DNA of 64,000 nt, taken from assembly GCA_009840355.1 (NCBI GenBank), contig VXNZ01000017.1, positions 925 to 64,924 on the forward strand, given 5' to 3'. Positions 9,283-18,788 of this stretch are shown piece after piece. The notes below the pieces were generated by a model. It was not told the origin of the DNA, did not search any database, and saw only the letters and a list, made by a program, of their open reading frames with translations. The position numbers were made by a program, and so were the translations under genes. Origin of the DNA: Chloroflexota bacterium (GTDB lineage: Bacteria; Chloroflexota; Dehalococcoidia; Lucifugimonadales; JADFKI01). Position 1 is the first letter of the stretch. The number at the start of each line of letters is the position of its first letter.

Positions 9283-9765
9283 ATGTGCGCCCTAGAAGTG
9301 AACCTGCGAGCCGACGAAGAGATACTGAGCGAGGCGGATTGGGCGGTGTTGACGAACCAGCGCCTCGTCGCCGCGCTCAACCGCAAAGACCGCACCGAGA
9401 TTACCGACGAGGCAGACATCTCGGATGTCGTCAGCTACAAGAAGTCCAACGGCGGGCAGGAAAGCCGTTTGCAGCCTGGCTTGATGCTTCTAGGCGCCGG
9501 TGCCGCCATCACCGTGCTGCAGATTATATTTGCGACCGCGATACCCTCGCAGACCGCCGAAATAGTCCTATTCTTACTCGGCGCCGTGGGAATACTCGTC
9601 GGCTTCTACCTAGTTATCGGCAGCCTGATGCGCATTAAGCCATTCACGGTCATCGTATTCACCGTCGTCGGCTCTCGCGATATTCCTGTTCATTTTGCCG
9701 GACAGGATAACCCCGAAGCCGACCGGATGATTAACCTGTTTACGCGAACCAAGCGGGGCATTTGA
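9283..9765 (+). CDS. Hypothetical membrane protein (PH-like N-terminal region plus 2-3 TM helices)
   Basis: This is the ORF-track frame 9226..9765. I prefer ATG 9283 because GGAG lies 5 nt upstream. Hydrophobic segments: LMLLGAGAAITVLQIIFATAI and IVLFLLGAVGILVGFYLVIG. Confidence 0.6.
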   Translation: MCALEVNLRADEEILSEADWAVLTNQRLVAALNRKDRTEITDEADISDVVSYKKSNGGQESRLQPGLMLLGAGAAITVLQIIFATAIPSQTAEIVLFLLGAVGILVGFYLVIGSLMRIKPFTVIVFTVVGSRDIPVHFAGQDNPEADRMINLFTRTKRGI

Positions 9766-9805
9766 CCCCTTGCAGCGGCGGGACTGATGAGCCGTGAGCA
9801 CACAG

Positions 9806-9863
9806 CGAATAGCCTTTGCCCTCAATCCTAACCTTCTCCCAGAGAGGTAAAGGGCTCATTGAG
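9806..9863 (-). repeat. Dispersed intergenic repeat copy (hairpin plus AAGGTTAGGAT core), minus orientation
   Basis: ATCCTAACCTT at 9825-9835 is the reverse complement of the 11-mer core. The flanking CTCAAT/ATTGAG and CCTTCTC/GAGAGG arms form an imperfect hairpin. It lies in a convergent intergenic region. Confidence 0.7.
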
Positions 9864-9916
9864 AATAACGGTCGGCGTTGGTAGGAAATTCGCGGCGCTA
9901 GCTTTCTTTTGCAGCG

Positions 9917-11392
9917 TCAGGCAGCGGCGGGGCGCGGGTTCTCCGGACGCAGCGCGGATACGATTAGTGCAGCAAACATCACCATTGCGGCGGCGAAGAA
10001 GGCGCGCTTCATCCCCCCGATGAACACTAGCTTTATCTCGATGCCGCCCGTTTCCGTTACCGCCGACAGATCCGGCGCGAAGCCCTGCGACGACATGGTG
10101 AACACGACTATCGCCGTGAAAATCGCGATCCCACTCAGGCTTGCCGAAGTGCGCACGAGATTCAGGAACGCCGATGCAACACTGAACTTACGGCTGTCTA
10201 TTGCCGTCATAATCGCGCTCGTATTCGGCGATGAGAACAGCCCGATGCCTGTGCCTTCGAGAAATATGCTGAACATGACCTTCATGGTCGATGAGTCTTC
10301 GTCTAGCGTGGAAAACAGCAGCATCCCCGTGCCGGCGAGCGCCATTCCGACGACGGTCAGCCAGCGCGTGCCAATCTTGTCGGACAGCCGCCCGCTAACC
10401 GGTCCCCATACGCCAATCGCGATCGACCCCGGCACCATCAGCAGACCCGCGTGGCTCGGTTCCAAGCCAAGCCCTTGCACAAGGTAGAACGGCATAATGA
10501 AGTACACCGCCGACCCCGCGAGGAACGACAAGAAGCGAGCCGATACGCCCAACGAGAACACCTTACTGCGGAAGAATGTCAGGTCGAGCATCGGCGCTTC
10601 TGCCTTGCCTTCCCACCAGACAAACAAGGCGAGAGCCGCGACCGCCGCGCCGATTCCGCCAAGCACCACGGGCGAATCCCAGCCGAGCCGGTGCCCGTTC
10701 GTGATGGACAGCAGGAAGCAGACTAGCACTATGGACGACAACGCCGCGCCTGTCCAGTCGAAGCTTGTTCTTGCGGGCTGACTGTCGTCGCGATTCACCT
10801 CGCGGCGCAGAACGACGGCAGCGAGCAGCAGCGCAATAATGCCTACACATGCGCTCGCCGCATATATCGAGCGCCATCCGAGCAGACTGACCAAAGTGCC
10901 GCCTATCACCGGTCCGCCGACTGCGCCGGCGCCGATGATGGACATATACAATCCGATGGCTTTGCCGCGCTCTCGCTCAGGAAAGATGTCCGCGACCATC
11001 GCCATGCCGTTTGCCTCAATACCTGCCACACCTATGCCTTGCAGCAACTTCGCCGCAATCAGCATCGGAAACGCGACCGCAGTGCCGCCGATTGTCGCCG
11101 CCGCCACAAATATGGCGAAGCCAACCATGAACACATGCGACCGCCCGAATATGTCTGACAGCCGCCCGACAGGCATAAACATCACGCTTGTGCTGAGCGT
11201 GAACCCTAGCGCGATCCACTGCGCCGCCGGTAGATCCGCGCCAAAGTGCTCCGCGATTCGCGGCAGCGCGATGTTCACGCCCGATTGGTCGGTAACGGTG
11301 AGAAAAAGACCCAGAGCGACGGACGAGAACACCCACCACTTGTAATTCGCGCTGCGCGTGATGCGCGCGACGGGGCCCAGAGCGAGATTCAT
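9917..11392 (-). CDS. MFS transporter, DHA2 (EmrB/QacA-like, 14-TMS) family
   Basis: 491 aa with about 14 hydrophobic segments. MFS motif A-like GRLSDIFGR and a typical DHA2 N-terminus (WWVFSSVALGLFLTVTDQSGVNIALP). Confidence 0.9.
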   Translation of the reverse strand: MNLALGPVARITRSANYKWWVFSSVALGLFLTVTDQSGVNIALPRIAEHFGADLPAAQWIALGFTLSTSVMFMPVGRLSDIFGRSHVFMVGFAIFVAAATIGGTAVAFPMLIAAKLLQGIGVAGIEANGMAMVADIFPERERGKAIGLYMSIIGAGAVGGPVIGGTLVSLLGWRSIYAASACVGIIALLLAAVVLRREVNRDDSQPARTSFDWTGAALSSIVLVCFLLSITNGHRLGWDSPVVLGGIGAAVAALALFVWWEGKAEAPMLDLTFFRSKVFSLGVSARFLSFLAGSAVYFIMPFYLVQGLGLEPSHAGLLMVPGSIAIGVWGPVSGRLSDKIGTRWLTVVGMALAGTGMLLFSTLDEDSSTMKVMFSIFLEGTGIGLFSSPNTSAIMTAIDSRKFSVASAFLNLVRTSASLSGIAIFTAIVVFTMSSQGFAPDLSAVTETGGIEIKLVFIGGMKRAFFAAAMVMFAALIVSALRPENPRPAAA

Positions 11393-11404
11393 TCAGTCAT
11401 CGCC

Positions 11405-11773
11405 CTAGTCGGATTCGCCGGGAAGGATAATCTTCCGCAGGGTATGCCTGCGGTTGTGCGTGTACGGCCGCACTTCCGAGGGCCAGCGGCCGGACTCGGA
11501 CGCTTCCATCCACGCGTCGCTGGTGATGACATCCGGGCTTTCTACCTCATATATCGCGCTGTACTGCGGCTCGTCTTCGACTACGATTGTTTTCAGTTCG
11601 CCACCGATGGCCAGCGTCAGCTCCTGCCGCTTGAACCGCGCCACCGACACGACCCCCGGTACCTTGTTCAGCAGCGGCACATGCTCGGTGTCGTACACCT
11701 CGTTGAACAGCGCCTCCTGCTCCGCAGGAATGTCCATACTGGCCGTGAATAGATATCGTCCCTTGACTGGCAT
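11405..11773 (-). CDS. Small alpha+beta protein, EthD/DUF4286-like (family uncertain)
   Basis: 122-aa ORF placed 13 nt upstream of the DHA2 gene on the same strand. The 'FNEVYDTEHVPLLNKVPGVV' segment resembles EthD-type dimeric alpha-beta-barrel proteins. The family call is tentative. Confidence 0.6.
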   Translation of the reverse strand: MPVKGRYLFTASMDIPAEQEALFNEVYDTEHVPLLNKVPGVVSVARFKRQELTLAIGGELKTIVVEDEPQYSAIYEVESPDVITSDAWMEASESGRWPSEVRPYTHNRRHTLRKIILPGESD

Positions 11774-11970
11774 GATTTACTCCTTTCGTGTGTGTGCGTC
11801 GTGCGCGATTATAGCAGACTTACCACTTGGCACGATTGTGTGACATCCATTCGGAAAGCGCGCCCTGTCCTTGCCCTGCCCTTATCGCATGTTCATGTTA
11901 CAATACGGCGAAATTCAAGCCAGCGGCATCAGATAGAACTACCGCAAGCAATGCCATGGGAGGCGCGCAT

Positions 11971-13131
11971 ATGATTAATAGGTTCGGCAGCCTGTTCGCA
12001 GGCCACATCGACTTGGACGACATGGGCTTTGACGCCACGCCCGCAAACGATCGCTTTTATTCCAACGAGCGGCTTGCGACCGTGTTCGACAAGACGGACG
12101 CCATCGCCAAGACTATGGACGACAAGGGCTACAGCACCTTTTGGATGGCGGAGCATCACTTCCAGCGCGAAGGCTACGAGTGCATCGGCAACCTGCTGAT
12201 GGAAGCCGTCCACCTATGCCATATCACCGACAACATCAAGATTGGCTGTGGCTTCAACATCGCCCCTATGTGGCATCCGCTGCGTCTCGCAGAAGACTAC
12301 GCGACCGCCGACATCCTAACGAAGGGGCGCACGATTTTCGGCGTGGGAAGGGGCTACCACACCCGTGAAGTCGAAGTGTATGGCAACCCGATGCTCGACT
12401 CGGACGCCAACCGCGAGCTGTTCGAAGAGCAAGTTGACGTCATCATGAAGGCGTTCCACAGCGATTCGTTCTCGCACCACGGGAAGAACTACACCATCCC
12501 GCCGCGCGTACCTTATCGCGGTTACGAGCTAGAAGAGATAACGCTAGTCCCGCGCCCACTGAGGCAGCCGGTCGAGTGCTGGCAGCCTGTGGTCAGTGCC
12601 AGCGAGCGCGGCTTGCGCTTCATGGCGAGGCACGGTATCAAAGGCATCATCGGCGGCGGAGCAGCGCCCGGCGGCGCAGCGCAAGCAGCCGTGGAAGCGT
12701 GGCAGCGCATCGAGGCAGAGCACGGCAGGGAGACCGAACAGGGCGGCAACCTCATCGTCAGCTTCTCTGTCTATCTCGCCGAGTCCACCGATAACGGCAT
12801 TCGAGAGGCACGCTCGTTCTTCGAGGAAAACATGAAAATGTTCGCCCCGCTCGGCTTCGTGCGCGGTCTGACGGACGAGCAGATAGCGGCGCTAGGGGAC
12901 CCAGACAAGGTGTACACCGCGAACCTGCCCACACTGGATCAGGCAGTCGAAAGCGGCGCGTGGCTCATCGGCACGCCGGAGCAGGTAACCGAGCAGCTGA
13001 TGGGCGTGCAAGAGCGGTGGCCTGGCTTGGAGGAAATCAATATTGGCATGCCCGTGGGCACGCCGCAGTCGGTCATAGTCGAGCAGCTCGAGCAGTTCGC
13101 CGAAGAGGTAATGCCTGCCTTCAAGGGCTAG
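11971..13131 (+). CDS. Luciferase-like (LLM-class) flavin-dependent oxidoreductase/monooxygenase
   Basis: Frame of ORF 11827..13131. ATG 11971 is preceded by GGGAGG (11958-11963). Contains the motifs FWMAEHHF and IFGVGRGY. Confidence 0.9.
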   Translation: MINRFGSLFAGHIDLDDMGFDATPANDRFYSNERLATVFDKTDAIAKTMDDKGYSTFWMAEHHFQREGYECIGNLLMEAVHLCHITDNIKIGCGFNIAPMWHPLRLAEDYATADILTKGRTIFGVGRGYHTREVEVYGNPMLDSDANRELFEEQVDVIMKAFHSDSFSHHGKNYTIPPRVPYRGYELEEITLVPRPLRQPVECWQPVVSASERGLRFMARHGIKGIIGGGAAPGGAAQAAVEAWQRIEAEHGRETEQGGNLIVSFSVYLAESTDNGIREARSFFEENMKMFAPLGFVRGLTDEQIAALGDPDKVYTANLPTLDQAVESGAWLIGTPEQVTEQLMGVQERWPGLEEINIGMPVGTPQSVIVEQLEQFAEEVMPAFKG

Positions 13132-13178
13132 TATAGCAAGAGAAAGAAAGCGGGATCATAGCTAGGATACCCCTATTA

Positions 13179-13376
13179 TTGGAGCCTCAGCCGGAAGGAG
13201 GGCACACTGTTACCTCCCCATTGCTGCTAGAGTTGATAACCGAGGGCGACACCTTGTCCAAAGCGATGATAAACGCGGAGGATGCCTTCGCGGTAGTTTT
13301 GGAGATATACGAGGACGAGGGACTCCCCTTGCCGCCGGGCATCCAAGCGGACGACGTCTCACGTCAACCATCTTAG
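13179..13376 (+). CDS. HicB-like (UPF0150) antitoxin-family small protein, no HicA partner seen
   Basis: 65-aa ORF with a TTG start. 'EPQPEGGHTVTSP..ELITEGDTLSKAMINAEDAFAVVLEIYEDEGLPLPPG' parallels the HicB N-domain pattern (EP.eEGGY.V..P.LPGc.tqGdT.eEA..na.eAi..). Confidence 0.5.
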   Translation: MEPQPEGGHTVTSPLLLELITEGDTLSKAMINAEDAFAVVLEIYEDEGLPLPPGIQADDVSRQPS

Positions 13377-13397
13377 GGGCAACCCTAGTTGCCCCTA
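13374..13397. terminator. Hairpin terminator between the HicB-like gene and coaE (convergent)
   Basis: TAGGGGCAAC (13374-13383) pairs with GTTGCCCCTA (13388-13397) around a 4-nt loop. It overlaps the HicB-like stop codon. Confidence 0.6.
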
Positions 13398-13430
13398 TTG
13401 CCGCGTGAGAGGCGCGGAAACCCACCCATA

Positions 13431-14105
13431 CTACTTGCCCGCATCCTCGTTCCGCCGCTCCCACCATCCATTGTACTTGGTCTCCGGCAGCTGTCCGTCT
13501 TTTGCCAACTTGACAGTATCAGCATAGGCGAACTTCACTGCGCCTTCAAACTCGTCGAGAGTGCCCTCGTTGTGGAATACGCGGTCGGACGCAGGTTCGC
13601 GGTCTCGCCAGTCGCGCTGGCTTGCAAGCCGCTGGTTCGCTTCTTCGACCGAGAATCCGTTGCGCTGCATCAGCCGTGTCCGCGCGATGCTTTCGTCGCA
13701 GGCGAACAGCCACACGACGTCACACCAGCGCCCATAACCCGCTTCGATGAGATTCACCGCCTCTAGCACAGCCACATCATCATCACTCAGCGTATCGTTC
13801 CATTCATCCACAACATCCTTGACCGCCGCCGCAATGTCGCCGATAGCGGTGGTCAGCTTCGCCATCTCATCGGGCTTGCCGAACACCTTTGAGCCGAGTA
13901 TTTTACGGTCAATGTAGCCGTCCGCGCCGACAATCTCATCGCCAAATACCGCTACGATGCGATCGAACGCGGGCTTACCCGGGTCGTATAGCCGGTGTAC
14001 CAGCCTGTCCGCGTCCAAGTGCGTAGCGCCCCGCTCCGCAATCAGCAGGCACGCGCTGCTCTTGCCTGTCGCAATCGATCCCGTAACTCCAATGATTAAT
14101 GGCAT
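13431..14105 (-). CDS. coaE: Dephospho-CoA kinase
   Basis: Frame of ORF 13431..14243. ATG 14105 gives MPLIIGVTGSIATGKSS (P-loop) plus LDADRLVH, typical of CoaE. Confidence 0.9.
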   Translation of the reverse strand: MPLIIGVTGSIATGKSSACLLIAERGATHLDADRLVHRLYDPGKPAFDRIVAVFGDEIVGADGYIDRKILGSKVFGKPDEMAKLTTAIGDIAAAVKDVVDEWNDTLSDDDVAVLEAVNLIEAGYGRWCDVVWLFACDESIARTRLMQRNGFSVEEANQRLASQRDWRDREPASDRVFHNEGTLDEFEGAVKFAYADTVKLAKDGQLPETKYNGWWERRNEDAGK

Positions 14106-14251
14106 GGTGTCCAACCTCTGGCAGTTATTTCGTAAGGTGTTATTATACGCAGGCAGAAAACGTCGCATGGGGAGTGTGACCTGTTCATAGTACAGCATGT
14201 TCACTCCATCCTGACCTTCCAAGCAATAAAAGGGCAGGCGCAATCCACAAT

Positions 14252-15271
14252 ATGCTCACATCTACCGCAGACTTAAGTCAATTCAAACTCGATGGCAAAA
14301 TCGGCGAAGGCGCCGACTCTGAGGTGTTCGCGGCGACGGATTCAGCCACCGGCGATGCAGTCGTCGTCAAGCGCCCGCATCCAATGCTGATTTCGCGCGG
14401 ACAGCACAGCGCCGTCGAGAGGCGCATGGCGAGTGCAATTGCGCTGCGAGAACAACTCGGCGACACGCTGCCGTGTGTGGCGAAATTGATTGGATACAGT
14501 CAGTCCGCAAGCCACGACGACTACTTTAGCGATACGCTTGGCGAGTCGTACAGCGTGGTCGTAGAAGAACGCGCGCGCGGCATTCCACTTGTCGCTAGCG
14601 CGATGGATGGCATCAAGCGCCATCCAATCGGGCTGCCGCAGAACCTGTTTGCCATTCACCCGGTCCTGCCGCACTTGGAACGCGGCAGGTTCAGCATATT
14701 GCGCGACTTGCTGGAAGTTGGCAGAGCATTCGATAACGCAGGCGCGCTCATACTCGATATGCGCCCGCAAAATATCTACTTCCATCCGGGTAGCGCGACG
14801 ATAATCGTCATCGACATCGGCGGCGTAACAGAGCCACAAGCGACAAGTGGCAGAAAACCACTGCTAGACCTGCACGACTTTTACCTTGAACTGTTCAAGT
14901 GGTACATACCGAACACCACACCGCAGCAGCAGGCAACAGGCTATGCGCAGCCCATTGGTATGGAGACGATTCCGATGTTCAACCAGAACTTGGACACGAT
15001 AATTCGACAGCACACGGACGCGCCGGACGGAGATTGGCACGACGCGGCTATCCACATCCTGCGCAAGGTCAAGGCACGAACTTATCCCGGATTCGACGCG
15101 TTCTCGGCTGACTTTGAGGCGCTCTTGGACTTGCTAAATGCCCACTACGAACGCCTATCGCATTGCGAAGGCATCCGGAAAGCATGGCAAAAAGCCGCTG
15201 AGTTGCTTACCGCTGACTACTGGCGCAAGTATCAGTTCGACTCTGACAGCCTTAGCGCATACAACCGCTAG
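14252..15271 (+). CDS. Stand-alone atypical protein-kinase-like protein
   Basis: 339 aa. It has a Gly-loop-like GKIGEGADSEVF, the beta3 Lys context VVVKRP, catalytic-loop-like LDMRPQNIYF (HRDxKPxN analogue lacking His-Arg) and DIG in place of DFG. Confidence 0.7.
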   Translation: MLTSTADLSQFKLDGKIGEGADSEVFAATDSATGDAVVVKRPHPMLISRGQHSAVERRMASAIALREQLGDTLPCVAKLIGYSQSASHDDYFSDTLGESYSVVVEERARGIPLVASAMDGIKRHPIGLPQNLFAIHPVLPHLERGRFSILRDLLEVGRAFDNAGALILDMRPQNIYFHPGSATIIVIDIGGVTEPQATSGRKPLLDLHDFYLELFKWYIPNTTPQQQATGYAQPIGMETIPMFNQNLDTIIRQHTDAPDGDWHDAAIHILRKVKARTYPGFDAFSADFEALLDLLNAHYERLSHCEGIRKAWQKAAELLTADYWRKYQFDSDSLSAYNR

Positions 15272-16284
15272 TTTCCGACGCTGACGCCGTATTCGTTCGT
15301 CGGGTCGCGGTAGATTGAGTGGTAATGGCCCGTATCCGCGCCGACGCCGCCCTGCGTGGAGTATTCGATGATGAGCGCAGGCGCCTGAATGCGGTAGTAG
15401 ATGGGGCCGCTGCCATCAATCTCGCCGTGCCACGCGAAGCGCGCATCCTTGATTTGCTCGTCCAATTCGGCGACGCGCAGCTTGCGGCTTTCGTCGTCGA
15501 GAATATCGAACCACATAGCCACCGTGTCCGCGAGCGTTTGCCGCTGCGCCGTGCTCCAATCGGCGACGCACGAGCCTTCTAGCGCTGGAATGAAGCCGTC
15601 ATGCCCTGCGGCTGTCCACACTTCAAGCGGCCGGTCGCCGACCATAGATCGATTGCGTTGCTGCTCGTTTAGTGCGTTGATGAGCGCTAAGCCCGCTTCG
15701 AGTTCCGGCGCGAGTGGCGCAATCGTCTCGTCGTACGCTTCATACTCCGCCGGTTCGATGCCGATGAATGTGGGCGACATGTAACTGATGCCGTCCACCA
15801 GCGTTACATTGACGCCGAGGTGATGCCCGCCGAACTGCCAGCCCCACTTCTCGCTGTCCGATGGCGTGCCGAAGAATGCAAGCCAATAATTCTCGTCTGT
15901 CCAAGCGAAATGCGGCGCGCGCTCTGTATGCGACAGCACTTCGTCCGCGCCCACCACATCGACGACTTTTTTGTAGCCCTTCGCGCTCAACGCCGTCGCC
16001 AGAAACGCGAAAATCGCGGACACTTGCTCGTCGTTCATATCGCCGATGCGCGCGCCGTTGCGCTCGAAGTCCAAGATTCCCGCCGGTAGGTTAGACCAGT
16101 TTGGGCGAACAGGATCGTCAATCGCGTACATCGCGGAAGATCGCTGCCCGTCGTCCAGCAATGAGAGAAATGCGTTAGCGGCGGCAACAGTAGCAGAAGT
16201 CTCATCGTCGCCCGCAGTAAAACGCAGCTCCGCCCCACGTGCCGCAATCTCCGTTACACGAGTCCTACCCATTTCAACTACCAT
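15268..16284 (-). CDS. DUF3500 domain protein
   Basis: 338 aa. Segments FGGHHLGVNVT and GHYHSIYRDPTNEYG match my memory of the DUF3500 conserved His-rich motifs. Confidence 0.75.
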   Translation of the reverse strand: MVVEMGRTRVTEIAARGAELRFTAGDDETSATVAAANAFLSLLDDGQRSSAMYAIDDPVRPNWSNLPAGILDFERNGARIGDMNDEQVSAIFAFLATALSAKGYKKVVDVVGADEVLSHTERAPHFAWTDENYWLAFFGTPSDSEKWGWQFGGHHLGVNVTLVDGISYMSPTFIGIEPAEYEAYDETIAPLAPELEAGLALINALNEQQRNRSMVGDRPLEVWTAAGHDGFIPALEGSCVADWSTAQRQTLADTVAMWFDILDDESRKLRVAELDEQIKDARFAWHGEIDGSGPIYYRIQAPALIIEYSTQGGVGADTGHYHSIYRDPTNEYGVSVGN

Positions 16285-16337
16285 AACCTACCTCTTTCTT
16301 ATCCTCTCTATTCTATGCTTCTATGCTGCCCTTCCGG

Positions 16338-17090
16338 TTAGAAAAGATCGTCCGCAGAGTTCTTAGGCTCATATCCCAGAACGGCGCGCGGATGCTCCAA
16401 GTCGCGGTATGTCCACTTGTTGTTGGATGTCGCGAGGAACACGTCGTATCGCAGGCTATCCGGCGCGTCCACGCACAAGTGCAGGATCTGCGCCACATCG
16501 TCGTGACTCAGGTAGATTGAGCGGTCGCGCACTGCGCCAAGCTTGTTGTCCTTCGTTACGCGTCCGATGCGCACGCACAGCACGGACAGGTCGAAGTAGT
16601 CGGAATAGTAACGCCCCAGCGCCTCGCCGAATACCTTAGCCGCGCCGTAAATGCCTTCCGGTCGGATCATCTCGTGTGTAATAGGCGCGAAGTCGACAGG
16701 CACATTATCGTAGTCGCCGTCCGCGATAGACTTGTACGGCTCGACGAGTTCGTAGCCGCGAATCGTGTTGCCGCTGCTGGCGAACACCACGCGCTTGACA
16801 CCTGCGAGCCGCGCAGCCTCGAATACATTGTAGGTGCCGATGATGTTGCCGCGCAGCTGCCCCTCAAAGTCGTCGCTGCCGAGATACGCCGCCAAATGTA
16901 CGACGACATCCTTGCCCTCACACGCAGCCTTGACCGCATCGAAGTCGGATATGTCCGCTTGATAGCATTCGACGCCTTCGACTGCACTGCGATTCAGCGC
17001 GCTGAGTTCGTAGCCGCCGGCCGCTTCTAGCCGCTCACGCAGCAGCCCGCCTATGAGTCCGCTCATTCCGGTAATCAATACCTTTGTCAT
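16338..17090 (-). CDS. NAD-dependent epimerase/dehydratase-family (extended SDR) protein
   Basis: 250 aa. Contains the N-terminal KVLITGMSGLIGG Rossmann motif and the YGAAK catalytic Y-x-x-x-K. Confidence 0.85.
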   Translation of the reverse strand: MTKVLITGMSGLIGGLLRERLEAAGGYELSALNRSAVEGVECYQADISDFDAVKAACEGKDVVVHLAAYLGSDDFEGQLRGNIIGTYNVFEAARLAGVKRVVFASSGNTIRGYELVEPYKSIADGDYDNVPVDFAPITHEMIRPEGIYGAAKVFGEALGRYYSDYFDLSVLCVRIGRVTKDNKLGAVRDRSIYLSHDDVAQILHLCVDAPDSLRYDVFLATSNNKWTYRDLEHPRAVLGYEPKNSADDLF

Positions 17091-17313
17091 GTTCTCTCCT
17101 AGCCTATGTCTTCAGAGTTGCAAGTGGGATCGACGTTCTTCACCCCTATCGTACCCATTCCTGGGGGAGGGACAATACTGGCAGCATTCGTGCCATGTCT
17201 GTCTCGTCAGTTGCATTATAATGTACCATCAAATCACGGCGTGAGCAGAGCCACATCGCGGGCAAACTCATCATGCGCAATCTCAGAAGGGACACAACAC
17301 CGGAGGCAGGATT

Positions 17314-18591
17314 ATGGCAGGCGCGCTGGAAGGCATTCGGATTCTGGAGTTCACGGAAATTATCGCCGGTCCGTATGGCGGCATGCTGCTCGCCGACATG
17401 GGCGCGGATGTTATAAAGATTGAACCGCCTTGGGGCGATCCTTGGCGGCATGCCCTTCCAATTGAGCCGGGCGAGAGTAAGACATTCATGAGCCTCAACC
17501 GCGGCAAGCGCAGCCTTACACTCGACCTCACAAAGCAAGAAGGGCGCGATGTCGTGCACCGCCTAGTCGTTGATGCCGACGTGGTGATAATCAACTACCG
17601 GCCGGATGTATCTTACAACCTGAGCATCGACTACGAGACGCTTTCCGCCATAAATCCGCGTCTGGTTTACTGCGACAATACGGCTTTCGGGCGCAAAGGT
17701 CCGCACAGCCAGCGTCCCGGCTACGACATCATCGCGCAGGCGCTGACCGGAATCATGGCGTCCGAAGACAAGATTGACGATGGCGTGCCGCAACAGGTCA
17801 ATTCCACGCCCGTCGCCGATTTTTCCACAGCGCTTGCCATCGCTTGGGCAGTCTGCGCCGGGCTGTTCCACCGCGAACGCAGCGGCAAGGGGCAAAAGAT
17901 AGAGACGACGCTGCTCGGCTCCGCGCTAGCTGTGCAGCCCTGGCGCTTTATGGAAGTGGAACGCACCGACACGGAAAGTCGCGCCGAATTCTTCGAGACG
18001 CTGAAGATAATGAAGGACGCCGGCGTGCCATACGAAGACACGCATGGTTTCTACCGGCAGCACTTCGACGCGGCGCGCGGGCGGACCAAGCACGCCTACT
18101 ATCGCACATATCAGGCTGCGGACGGCGTGCTTGCGGTCGGCTGCCTAAGCGACCCGCTGCGCAAGCGAATGGCGGATGTGCTAGGTCTGCGCGACATTCG
18201 TTTCGAGCCGGACTATGACATGTACAGCGATGAGACGCGCGAATTCAACATCAGACTGAACGCGCAGGCGGAGGAGAAATTCCGGCAGCGCACGGTCGCC
18301 GAGTGGCTGCGAATACTCGACGAGGCTCGTGTTCCTGCCGGCCCGGTGCGCTTCGTCGAAGAACTTGTCGATGACGAGCAAGTTGTGTCGAACGGTCTCG
18401 TGGTGGAACTGGAACACTCTGTCGTTGGCAAGGTGAAGATGGTCGGCCCAATGCTGAAGATGAGCGAGACGCCATTGCAACCGACACAGCCGTCCCCTGC
18501 GCTCGGGCAGCACACGAAAGATGTGCTGCTGCAACACGGCTACACCGCCGCGCAGTTAGAACAGCTGCGCGAGCTAGGCGTAACTCTCTAA
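17314..18591 (+). CDS. Family III CoA-transferase (CaiB/BaiF-like)
   Basis: 425 aa. Begins with GIRILEFTEIIAGPYGGMLLADMGADVIKIEPP.GD, the canonical family-III N-terminus. Confidence 0.9.
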   Translation: MAGALEGIRILEFTEIIAGPYGGMLLADMGADVIKIEPPWGDPWRHALPIEPGESKTFMSLNRGKRSLTLDLTKQEGRDVVHRLVVDADVVIINYRPDVSYNLSIDYETLSAINPRLVYCDNTAFGRKGPHSQRPGYDIIAQALTGIMASEDKIDDGVPQQVNSTPVADFSTALAIAWAVCAGLFHRERSGKGQKIETTLLGSALAVQPWRFMEVERTDTESRAEFFETLKIMKDAGVPYEDTHGFYRQHFDAARGRTKHAYYRTYQAADGVLAVGCLSDPLRKRMADVLGLRDIRFEPDYDMYSDETREFNIRLNAQAEEKFRQRTVAEWLRILDEARVPAGPVRFVEELVDDEQVVSNGLVVELEHSVVGKVKMVGPMLKMSETPLQPTQPSPALGQHTKDVLLQHGYTAAQLEQLRELGVTL

Positions 18592-18688
18592 CGCAGTAGC
18601 TACTGTCGATTTAAGCCCCTTTACTAACCCTCTCACATCACATAGGACGATTTAGTAGGTTTTGAACAGGCGCAACACCCAATTTTAG

Positions 18689-18718
18689 TTGAAAGGCAAG
18701 CCGTCAGCGATTTATAAT
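18689..18718 (+). promoter_or_regulatory. Near-consensus sigma70-type promoter upstream of the ferredoxin gene
   Basis: TTGAAA (18689-18694), an 18-nt spacer, then TATAAT (18713-18718). It lies about 70 nt upstream of ATG 18789. Confidence 0.5.
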
Positions 18719-18788
18719 TCAGGAGTATCCGTAGCTGGCGGGGTTCGCTGGCAGGACAAAGCGAGAAAGCAGGGAGGAAATCTTAGAG

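Noticed and set aside
15268-15271. A 4-nt overlap of the convergent kinase-like and DUF3500 genes, whose stop codons share the palindrome CTAG.
   Set aside because: This is real but trivial. Such overlaps are common in compact genomes and imply nothing functional by themselves.
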